Assembly: GCA_904063045.1 (NCBI GenBank)
Contig: CAJFCJ010000097.1
Span: 1 to 42,537 of the forward strand
Source: Dimorphilus gyrociliatus
Lineage: Eukaryota; Animalia; Annelida
DNA: 42,537 nt
Direction: 5' to 3'
The translations under genes were made by a program, and so were the position numbers. The notes below the pieces were generated by a model that saw only the letters and a list, made by a program, of their open reading frames with translations, ran no database searches and was not told where the DNA came from. The number at the start of each line of letters is the position of its first letter. The stretch's first letter is position 1. Positions 31,134 to 42,537 of the stretch are shown piece after piece.

Positions 31134-31556
31134 GTAATACAACAACACAGACTGAACTGATATATATATATAAAGAATAGGGAGTAGGAAAAATTTAAGT
31201 GTTGAACTTCCTTCTGGAAAATTTCCTAAAATTCTTCTTTAAACACCTCCCACAACTTATCTCTATTTCTAAGTTGTCATATATTTGTGTTCAATCTTTA
31301 TTTATCCTATTGATATTACACTTGATTGATGTATAGACTCATTAACTCTAATTGAAATTAGCTCAGTTAACTGTCAATTATGCTTTTGTACTAAATGTTT
31401 GACTTTTTTCACTACTAAGCAATATTGTATACACAATACTATTACATATCTCATAACATTTGTGTACATTTTTCCATAAATGTTCTATTTTAGACTTCCA
31501 AAAGAATTTATTGAAGAAGAGCAATATAATAAATTATAAAGATACTTTGAAAATCT

Positions 31557-32720
31557 TTATAAGCATTTTCTATGTACAATGGTTGACTCACATTCGTCAT
31601 AATCACTGCGACTGATCCACATTTCTTTGAAAGTAGACAAAGATGCAATACTGGAAACTCCAATCCATACAGTATGTTTCCTTTCAGGCGGAGCAATGAC
31701 TTTAATAGTCATTAAACTTTCGGCTAAATCTGTTACTTCTTTATGGATTCTTTCAGAAATGCCTTCAAACATATGGTGCTACCTCAACTCAATTCAATGT
31801 TATCATATAATGTCTTTCTGTAGATAAAAGCCAAATGAATTGTTTATTAAGCTTTTTCAAAAATAGAAAAAAGAAATCACCTAATGTCAACATCACATTT
31901 CATTATGGAATTGTGAAGTGCTTCATGAATACCAGAAGCTTTCAATCCTAGAAGGGAAGGTTTGAATAGGGTTTCGGTACACCGAAATCTTTCATTTCCA
32001 ATTTTCATTACTTGTCCATTAGGCAATTTGTATGTCTTTTCAATCGATGAAGAGTTAGCACCACTTTGCATATCTTCATCAAAATCAATTGATACAAAGC
32101 CTAATTTTTCTTTAAGGTCATTTACAGTTTCTCTCTCAGCTGAAGAGTAACCCCTTTCAGCAAGAATTTTCGTTAAGTAGCCAGTCAAATCCATACCAGC
32201 AACATCAAGACGTAAAATGGCATGTTGAAGGGCCTACCCTTCCCAGACTGGAACAACATGAGAAACACCATAGCCAGAATCCAAATTTATGCCACTTGTT
32301 TTCCCTGAAGCATACAAGGAAAGAACAGATTGGTTGCCTTACATACATAAAGTTGGTCTTGAATGTTTCAAACATTATCTGCAAAAAGGTGAGAAGGAAA
32401 ATCTATTATTAAATGGCAAATAGTAGTCAGACAGTTTTGTTGAAATACTATGTCAGCAGAACATTGAGTCTGAAACCTAGCAATTTTAAAAAAATAATCA
32501 GCCTTCTTCAAGGTTTGTACCTATCTTCTACTAAATATTTATTTGGTATTATCTTACTTTTGTCATTTTTTCACGATTGGCTTTTGGGTTCAATGGGCAT
32601 TCTGTCAGCAGAAAGGGATACTAGAGATATCGTCCCTAATCATTCAAGCAAATCTCTTTCTGTCCCCTTGACCAGTGTAGTCGATGGTCATAACAACTAG
32701 GTTTGGCAATGTGCCAAACT
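31557..32720 (-). pseudogene. Unprocessed actin pseudogene
   Basis: It reads LLTECPLNPKANREKMTK, intron 32379-32557, IMFETF...[47 protein letters not shown]...KCDVDIR, intron 31818-31880, ...[15 protein letters not shown]...IVHRKC. It carries premature stops, frameshifts and a 5' deletion. Confidence 0.93.
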
Positions 32721-33033
32721 TACATTAAGTTGCTATTTCACTGAGCTACATTTTGATTTTTTTAAATAAAAATAAAGATAGACTGAAGCACTAAATCAAT
32801 ATTAAAGTCTCTTTAATTATGTTTTATTGGATTTTCTTTTAGTTATTGTTAAATGCTGAATATATTGAATAATATAATCCCAAGTATAACAGACACCTTG
32901 ACAACTAGAAAAACTTATTGTAACTTGAATAGTAATTTTCTTCCTTCTTCTTTAAAGTGGAATTCCTATATGTAGCACTATAATCAATCACGAAACAAAC
33001 ACTAACCGATTACAGTTGAATTTAAAATTTAAC

Positions 33034-36000
33034 ATGGCATCATTTTACTCTTCTGTTATCATTTTATTAATGACTATACAGTTGACAAGTTGCCTGGATT
33101 ATGATGAAACATTTAATGGTAAAGCTTTGACTATTCCTTCAGGATATCATAGAATTACAGGTGCTATTGTAAAACCATCATCACTGACTGTTGAACCAGG
33201 AGCACATATTACATTTTCTTCTCAATTCAATAAAATTATAATAGAAAATGGCGATGTGAAAATGAATGGATTAGAAAATCAACAAATTCGTATGAATGTT
33301 GAAGAAACACCAATAAAAGATGATTTTATTTTTGATTTTTCTGGAAACAGTAAGTAAAAAGTTAACATTGTTTTTTATTTCTTAACAAAATATTTAAAAT
33401 CAGAGGTTTTTCGGTTAAAATTCAAAGTTAATGATGAATACCTACTTCTATGCCATACTTTGAGCTTAAGACAAAGAGTAATACAAGTAATATTCCATTA
33501 CTAATAACTAAAAATGCTGGAAAGATTACAATTTAATTTTCATTTTTGTTTTCTTAGCTTGTAAAGAATGCTCTTGGAGTTAAATCTCTCATTGCGTATC
33601 ATTCAAATGCAATAGGAACTTGCCAAGAAATTCAATGTTCTACCAGTACAGTTGATATCAGGAATTGTAGGAGATATATAAGTAAAATTTTATTTAATTG
33701 AATGAATCAAACAATCAATTAAATCCATCAATCTCAACAGCAAATGCTCAAGTTAAGAGTCTTATCGTATTAAATTTCCAGCCAATTAACGATGGATTAA
33801 ACAACGGAATTCTGGTAAGAAATTCAAATAATGTGGCTATATCGAATGTAGAAAGTGAAAAGGCAGCATTCATCTTTGAAGATTCAAATATTGACCTATT
33901 TAGGTATGTATTATCAATTTAGTGAGCGAAAATATAGGTTATTGGGGTTTTTTTGTTTTTTTTCTTATACAGTAATATACAAATTCGAAATTCAACATCT
34001 AGAGATGCTGTTACAATGATAAATGATAAAAAGTCATATAATTACAATCTAAATTCAATTACACTGGAAAATAATTGGCAGGGTGTTTATATTCAATCCA
34101 AAAATAGATTTATGATTAACAATATAAAAACAGAAAGTATGAATTACCTAAATAAATAGATAACAAATTATCTTATCTCATATAACAGATAATAAGATTT
34201 CTATCATAAGAGTTGAAGAGCCACCTTCATCATTGATATACTCAGATGTATATATAGAAGATTTAACATGCAATATTTGCAATGACACTGTTCTCTCATA
34301 TCCAATCCATTCAAGGTCATATACTACAAAGCAGATAAGTAAAGTATGAAAAAGTTTTGAATAGATTTTTTTCTTAAAATAATAAAACTATAAAAAAAAA
34401 TATTTTTCAAGACGTTTATTGCTCGAGAAAATGAAGTTTTGGATATTCGATATCTTTGCTTCAATTCGGAAACTGAATGCAAAATTTATGATGGAAATGA
34501 ATTACTTTTTCGCAATATGAGATCATCATGTAAATCATTTATATCTCATAGTCGAAATGTTACACTTCAATGTACAATAACGCAAACATACTCGACCTTG
34601 AGAATCAATTCAATTTGGCAAGGTTTGCCATTATTTAATATATATTTATGAATACTACTCTTGTAAACATTGTGTTTCTTCATCATCTCTAATTTAGATA
34701 AAGACATCAGCATAATTTCTAATCTTCATTCATCTTTTGATCAGGGTACTCCTATAGCATTGTACTCTTCTCAAAACTTTAAGTTAGACAATATGAGATT
34801 GAGGAATTGCTTCATCAATGTCAAAATGCTATTTAGAACATTTACAATTGAATCCAGTTACTTTGAAGAATCCAGAATACAAATAACATCTTCTCAGTCA
34901 GCACCAACAAATTATAAAATTTCAATACGAAATAATACATTTTATTCAAAGAGTTCACAATATTCGTCTATATACAATACTGGTCTTCTCAAGATATCAA
35001 CAAGAGCTGAAATTGTGAATAATACATTTTTAGAAGTATGTTTTCTTTTTTTTTTTGGGTTTTTTATATTAATTATTAAATATTTTTATAACTCAGAAAC
35101 ATCACCTGCAAATATCTGGGATTGGAACTCATTTAAAAATTGAGAATAATTATTTGTCTAAAATAACCCTATCAATTAGTGATATCTATTTTACTGAGAT
35201 AAGAAATAATGAGTTTAATACTCATTATAATGGATATAATCATTTTATGAACATTTATACAAGCGATATAAAAAGAGGAAGTTATCTAATTGAATGTAAT
35301 AAAATAATTAATATATCTACAAGATTCCTAAGGTTTTATGAGCCTAGTGACCTACATTCGTATTTGGTTATCAGAAATAATACATTCATAAATGGCAATT
35401 ATGATACATTAACATCTTCAAGATCTGAGTTAATTGCAATATCTAACGTATTCAGATCTCAAGATATCTCTTTAAATTATCATTTATTTACTGATAATAA
35501 ATTTTTGAATATAAATCTTTGGTCATTTTTGACTGTTAATAATTTGCATTTGCAATTAATTTTGAATAATAATCAATTCATTAATTGTTCAGCAATAAGG
35601 AGTTTTATAAGAATTAATGATCAGCTGAGATATCTGAAAAATCAAATTGGAACAGTGAGTGTAAAAAATAATATTATTCAAAATTCTACTGCAATGAATG
35701 CTTTTGAAATTGTTGTTGGTAATTCAAATCTTAATTTTACTAATAATCTAGTTCAAAATTGTCAAATATATGGTGCAGTAGTGCAATTTAGATTTCTCCA
35801 TTCTGTTGATACATATCATCATATCATTGATAATCATTTTTTAAATAATATTGTCCATTCTACATTTAAACTGGGAGGAGAAATATTTCCATTGATATCA
35901 AGGAATATTATTGATAATGAAATGAGTATTTATGAGATTGAATGCAATTTTCTTTGTGGAACAAACAATGCTGATCATAATTGTCAATTGAATATGACTT

Positions 36001-39000
36001 ATAATTATATCAACACCAAAAATCCTTATACAAAACTATATGATAGAAATGAAAATGGTCTATTGGTAAAAGTTTTATTATCTCCAAGCTATTCGGATCC
36101 AGAATTGACAACTCTTAAGTATTTTGAAGAAGAAGAAAAAAATTCCAATATTCTTTGTGGATATCTTAATGGAAATCAAGAGTTGAGTGGCAATATTCTC
36201 ATTAAAGATACAACAGTAATTAATGGAGATTTAACAATATTACGTCACAATACCTTAATGATGTTTAATGCTGGAAAACAATTAATAATAACTGGATCTC
36301 TTTTCATTGATAATTCCAATGCAGAAATGGTTTATTTTAGTACTGTGAAACAGGAAAAAACAAAGTATATTCTAGATTCTAATGGCAACTTAAAAATTTC
36401 CGAGAATGATGAATTGAGAAATGTTAAATTCAATTTAACAGCAACAGCAATTAGTAATCAACAACTTTTTCATTTAAATAAAATGGTTTGTCAACATTTC
36501 AATCAACTCATAGATCCAGGCAAGTATACAATGGGATAATATATTTCAATCAATCAATCAATCAATCATAAGTATTAAACTGCCTGAATTACAGAATCAA
36601 GGCCATATGTAAGAACAAACACTGCTCTAACAACTGAATGGATACTTGATTGTTATAATGTTACACAATTAGCTCAGTGTAAAAATGTTTCCCAATCAAA
36701 TGCAGAAGTAATAATTACCTTTAGCTGCTCAACTTTAAAATTAAATGCAGCTATAGTAAGTTTAGAGGGCGCTACAAGCTATATAAAGAATAGTGTCTTC
36801 AATGGAGTTACTCTAAGTTTAATGTCTGCACAGGAAATCTTTGTAACAGAGTCCTATTTCTCATCATCTCAAATTGGTTTACAAATTGGTTCATTTAATA
36901 AACTTGACAATCTAGTGATATCCAATGTTTTGATAGAATCTATAAAAGAGGCTGGACTTGATTTAATTGGTTTATTCCATAGAATTTCAATTGAAAATAG
37001 CAGATTTAATGAAAATTTAAATTCAATTAAATTAACACAATTGAATTATCAACTCAAAATTGAAAAACTCCCTGTTGAATATTCAATCTATTCTCCAATT
37101 ACTTTTTGTACAATTGGAAAAGTTTTTCATTTGAAACATAAAATGCTATGGTTTGATTCTAATTGGTTTGACTTTTTTCGGGATGGATGCACTGCAAGTT
37201 TAATAATTCCATATGGTTTTATTTTTAAAATAAAGGTGTTATACGGATATATTTCAAATCAAGATATACAAATTTTCCCAAAGAATGGATCACCTTATTA
37301 TCTTCACTATTATAATCAAGTAAATATGAAAAAACTTGTAAACTATAACTTGAATACAAATTATACTTTTTTTGAACAGGATGAAATGTACATATATGAA
37401 AATGACATGAGAATACAATTGAATGGATATTATTACCCTCAACGAATGAAGATTCTCTTCTCTTTCATTGAAAGACCAGGTTCAGTTAATTTTATAATTG
37501 GAATGAAATAGGCTGATTTTTTTTTTTAATTCAGTAACCCTATGTACATTTGAGAAAAGTATATGTGATTGGATAATAAAATATTCGGCATCCAACTATT
37601 TACGAATCAATTTAAAAGAGACAAATTGTTTTGGAAGTCACAATAGAGTTCCACAGTTTTTTCAACATGCCATACTCTTCAAACATACATGCTGCCCAAT
37701 TCACACAGCTACTATTGTTCACAAAAAGCTTACCTATAACAAAAATTTCTGTTTTTTTCGATATTATTTTAATGGAAATGTGGCTTCAATGCAAATTATA
37801 GTTAAAAATAGTATAACACAATATGTTCAGCATGTTCCTGAAAGAATTACTCATTGGGGATTGGTAGATATTCCTATTCATAAAATGAGATATACAGAAT
37901 TTTCAATTGAAATTACAATTAATTTTGACGACTGTTTTGTATTTGCAAATCCAGAATTCGTTTATTGTGACAATGTTGACTACAGCATGGAATATCATAC
38001 TTCAAATAATTCATTTACTAAAGGTAAGGGTACTGATTTGAAGATTAATTATCAAACTTTGCAACATAAAAGTCATTTTCATTTTGAAAATTTAAATTTC
38101 TTATCAAACAAAAACTCTATAGACATTAAAACTAAACGCTCAACAATTTATATGAAAAATTTAAGCGTTAAAAATTCAATAAATACTGCAATAAATCTGC
38201 AATATTCACAAAATTTTTATATGATTGATGACAATTTGAAAGTATCATTAATTCAAAGTATTTTCTACAAAAATATTAATGGCACTTATCTCTTTCAAGT
38301 TGATAATATCAACAAACATGACCTTGGAATTTTTGTTAAGAAATCTATTTTTGAAAAATGTTCTAGTAATCTTCATTTAATAAAGATAACTAATGCTCAT
38401 TTGGATATGGATAAAAGTACATTATACAGAAATTATGCAAAAAAAGATTTACTCTTTCATTCATTAAGTGGAAATAATGGAATATTGACAATTACTCATA
38501 GTGTATTCAATGAAAATAGCATTTTGGAGAAGAAAGAATCAAAGATTATTTCTACATCTGCTCAAAGTATTAAAATTACTCAAAATGTTTTTAATGATGA
38601 TAAAGCTACTTTTCAAGTTGCTTGTCTTAATTTTTCAACTGCATCTTATTTAAATGATTGCACTAGAAATTGGTGGGGAAACACTGATTTATCAAATATA
38701 CATTTAAGAATTTATGATGGAAGACATGTTTCTAATCTAAAAAATCTTGATTATTCTAAAAGTCTTATCAATATCCCTGAAAATAATTACATCAGTTCAT
38801 TTTGTGGTTTAAATGGATGGAAAGATATTGAAAATTCTTGCTATTACTTTCATTTTGGACCATTAAACTATCAGAATGCTTCTCGATACTGTATCAATCA
38901 ATTTTCATATCTTTTATCAAAGCATCAATTAGAAATGAATGATGACATTAGACAAATACTTTCATATAGAGATTTCAATAATCAATTAAAGAGTACTGAT

Positions 39001-42000
39001 GTATGGGTATTAACAAATTCTCAACAGTTACAACAACAATCCAAAAATCATCATCCTTTTAAAAATGATATTATAAAACCTTTTGTTTGTAGGGAATTTA
39101 ATACATTTGCTTGTGTTAACAACTGTTTTAAAAATGGAATTTGTTTTAATGGAATATGCATTTGTGATTCTGGTTGGACTAAAATTGATTGTTCTCAATT
39201 TACATGTAAAAGTGTTGGATATTGTAGCAATCATGGCACATGTGTTGGTCCTAATTTTTGTCAATGTGATGCAGGATGGTATGGTAGAAGATGTTCAATA
39301 TCAAAATGTCCACGATATACAACTTGTAAACAATGCACACAAAAGGATGGTTGTGGATGGTGTGATACTACTCAAAGATGTATGCCCGGAACACCAAGTT
39401 TACCTTATAGATCATGTCCTGACTGGTTTTATTGGAATTGTCTAAGTGTAAAACCAAACTCTTGCTCCAATCAAATATTATCATTCAATTGTGAAAAACA
39501 TTATTGTTCTAATACTGCTGAAAAGGTATGTCAACAATGTATTGACATTCTGAATTGTTATCAAAGAACAAAGACTGGATGTAGAATTTGGAATGAACAG
39601 AAATGTCAAGATGGTTTTCCACATCCAGACTTGACCTCTGAGCAAAGATTTAATGACATTCAATTCAAAGACAACATTATTCAAATTCCAGATTCTTCAA
39701 CATTATATCAATGTGAAAATGATGAGAGATTTCACGATGATTTAAACAATGAACATGAAATATTTATAATAGAAGGAAGAAATAATACAGTCAACACTCC
39801 TGGAAATATTATAATAAGTAGAAAAAATATTGGAGTTCATCATAAGATCTTGAATAGTATGAAAGTTTTATCCAATTTTGAAATAATGGTTGTACATGAA
39901 ATAAATCCATTAGATATATTTAAATATGCTCACTTGAAAACAAATGGTAAATTTGATAATATTAAGGATGATAATATTATGAACTTGGCTCCATCCAGTG
40001 ATGAATTGTCAAGATTTCTTCAAAATTCAAATCAGCAGAGGAAGATAATTGATGATGATAAGGAAATTAATATAAAATGTTTAGGAGAGGAGTATCAGTA
40101 CAAAGGTCAATCTGTTTGGTCTTATCATATTATTCAAAAACAATTAAATCAATATGATAAAAAAGATATTGTCATTGTCAAAAATACTTTGGGTTTCCTT
40201 GAAAAAGTTACCAGCTCTTTTCAAACAATTGATAAAGATGTGTTCATAAAATCAACATTATTAGACTGTTCAAGTCATAATTTAAAAAATGAAGAATTTG
40301 ACAAAATACCAATTTATTCACCTCAATTATACTGTAGAGGAGAAAATATTCATCAGAGTCTATACTACTCACAAACTGATGATATTGTTGACATTGATAA
40401 AATCATTATTGGCCGGAAAGCATCTACTTCACTTGGTTATGTAATAAACACAAAGTCTTTGTTGAATGATTGGATAATGATAGAACTAATCAATTTAGGA
40501 TCATTGAACAATCTTATGGATGGCACTGATGTAAATTATAATGAGATTATAAAAAAAACTAATTCATTTGCAACAAATTCTGAAAAACTAGAACTTGCAA
40601 TTCAAGAGAATTTACCATCAGTTAAACTAAATGTAAGTACTTGATGAAATTACAAAAGATCAATAATAAAGAAAAATAGCTAACAAGTCTTTTAAATGTT
40701 CTTTTTTATCAGAATGAAAGGGCTAAGGTTTCAATTGTATCAAAGCATGCTTCTGCAATTCAAACAACATTGGAATTAAAAGTTTTTCCTCATTATGGTA
40801 TTAAATATTTAAAGACTTCTATGAATATAAATCATGATATTCACATCAATTATGATATTTCTGTTGAAAAAAAAACACCAATATTTGAGTATGAGCCTTT
40901 ACTTTTGAAAAAAGGAGGAAATTATCAATTTAGATTTGATATTAATGGTTTTAATTTTCTTGGAATAGTATCTACATCAGAGTTATCAATTGGATCATTA
41001 ACTCTTCAATCAAGAGAAAATTTTGTCTTTCAGTCTAATAACTGTGTACTTTCAAGTGTATCATATTGTTCCCTTTTGTTCCATGACAAAACTAAATTAG
41101 ACAATCATAGGACAAGAACTGAAAAGAAAAAGAATAATTGTAAATCAGCATTGAATGGAATAGGATATGGAAAAGTAACTATCCCATTTAGGTCTATTTT
41201 TTCTCTAAAATGGCCCCTTTATAAAAATCAGAAAAAATCTAAAATATTTAATGAAAACTTGAAATATTTTAGTAGAAAAGGTTCATGGAAATCTGTAAAT
41301 AACTGGCTTGCAAGTATAGTATCAAAATAATTATTATGAATATTTTACCTATAATTAATATTATGTAAACAGGTATAAACTTTCCAAAAATTTCTACAAG
41401 AACAAGCAATCAACTATTTATGAACATGGTCATAAATAAAGAAATAGAAATCAAGACAGGATACTCTGATGGAAACATTTGTTATGACACAAAAGCAAAT
41501 ACTGGTAGTGTTGTTTTGAGAGATGTCACAATTAGAGGGAAAATAGGATATTCTATTTTTGAAAAAGATATATTTTGTATCAATTGCATGAAAAAAGATT
41601 TTGTTCTATTTAGGTTGATTTTTTTGACATTACACTATTATATAAAAATGATTTTAAACATTTACAAAATTTCAGTCAATGTGGCAGTTATGAACGTAGA
41701 TTTAGAAGAAAGTATGACATTTGTAAATGTGGTCAATATGGAAATGACATCACAAATGGACTCTATAATAAGAAAAATAAACAATGTATGTGCCCTTGTA
41801 GATGTGAAAATGGAAAAAGGGAACATAGCTATATGTTTGAATCTGGAACTTGCCTATGTTGTCCTGATGGATCTGCAAAAAGTATTTCTGATATACATAC
41901 CTCTTGTCCGTGTACATGTCCTGATGGAACCTTATCAAGACTGATATTTGGGTTGTGTTCTTGCCAACCATGTCCAAAATGTTCCATAGATGGAGCTGAA

Positions 42001-42537
42001 AAAAGGTTGCCATCTGGTGAATGTATTTGTAGAAATCAATGTGGTATAAACAGTATCTGTGTACCTGAAAGGGAAGGAAAAGAGTGTGAACAACCAGTTT
42101 GCAGTCCTTCAAAAAATTGCAACAACCATGGTATTTGTAAGCCAGTTAGCAATTGTAAAGCAATATGCCAATGTTTTAGGCAATGGATGGGCATTGCCTG
42201 TGAAATTCGTAATCCAAGAGTAGCTTGGGGTGATCCCCATTTAGAAACACTAGATGGTAGAGCATTTGATTACTTTGGTATTGGTCAATTTTGGGGTTGT
42301 ATTTCACCATCCCTATCATATCAATATCGATTCTATGCTTATAAAACAACATCATTTATTGGAGCAATTGCTATTAAAATTGGAAATTCATCTATTTTAA
42401 CAGTGACTACTAAATTAAATGTTACAGCTGATGATTTTCCTTCTCTTAGATTGGATGGATCTCTTATTGACAACTTGAAAAGTAATCATTCATATAAGTT
42501 TGATAATGATACAATTCGTATAGACATTTCACCCAAG
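33034..42537 (+). CDS. Large secreted/extracellular mosaic protein, 3'-incomplete: signal peptide, parallel beta-helix-like repeats, two SRCR-like, CUB-like, MAM, C-type lectin, EGFs, PSI, Cys-rich/EGF, vWD
   Basis: The phase-consistent exon model is 33034-33349, 33404-33486, 33558-33681, 33741-33903, 33973-34136, 34189-34343, 34412-34622, 34698-35035, 35097-36519, 36595-37479, 37535-40632, 40713-41313, 41373-41613, 41676->42537. Motifs are LTVEPGAHITF (bark-beetle-like N-terminus), CTFEKSICDW (MAM), CGLNGWKDIENSCYYF (CTL), CFKNGICFNGICICDSGWTKIDC (EGF), CKQCTQKDGCGWC (PSI) and AWGDPHLETLDG (vWD). Confidence 0.88.

Overview
This is an AT-rich eukaryotic (animal) window. The very short introns (about 55-80 nt), the TTAGGG-type motifs and the 'ICxGLxxSSxxL' 57-aa LRR family suggest a compact-genome lophotrochozoan such as the annelid Dimorphilus; this is inference and no search was run. 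Positions 1-32.7 kb are a transposon-dense cluster of immune-like genes in birth-and-death turnover. Apparently intact genes there are an intronless death-fold/NACHT/LRR gene ending in an IAP-type RING (19027-22653), an adjacent intronless multi-TM protein with two overlapping degenerate RING-like motifs (15841-17634), an LRR-only ORF of ten 57-aa units (28402-30111) and a secreted Caspr-type fibrinogen-like protein (2328-3308). Decayed genes include NACHT and LRR fragments, an LDLa/LRR receptor pseudogene and an actin pseudogene. Mobile DNA comprises several Tc1 and Mutator-like (MULE) copies, a MULE-type MITE carrying telomere hexamers, a Tc1-type MITE, a Penelope-like element with an apparently duplicated GIY-YIG domain, and a TGTAC...GTACA solo-LTR-like family in four copies. 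From 33 kb to the end lies one large multi-exon extracellular mosaic gene with no recognisable TE (PbH/SRCR-like/CUB/MAM/CTL/EGF/PSI/vWD) that runs off the window. The most notable leads are the NLR-RING fusion beside a membrane RING-like gene, the repeated placement of NLR-type LRR modules next to MULE sequences, and the tandem GIY-YIG Penelope element.
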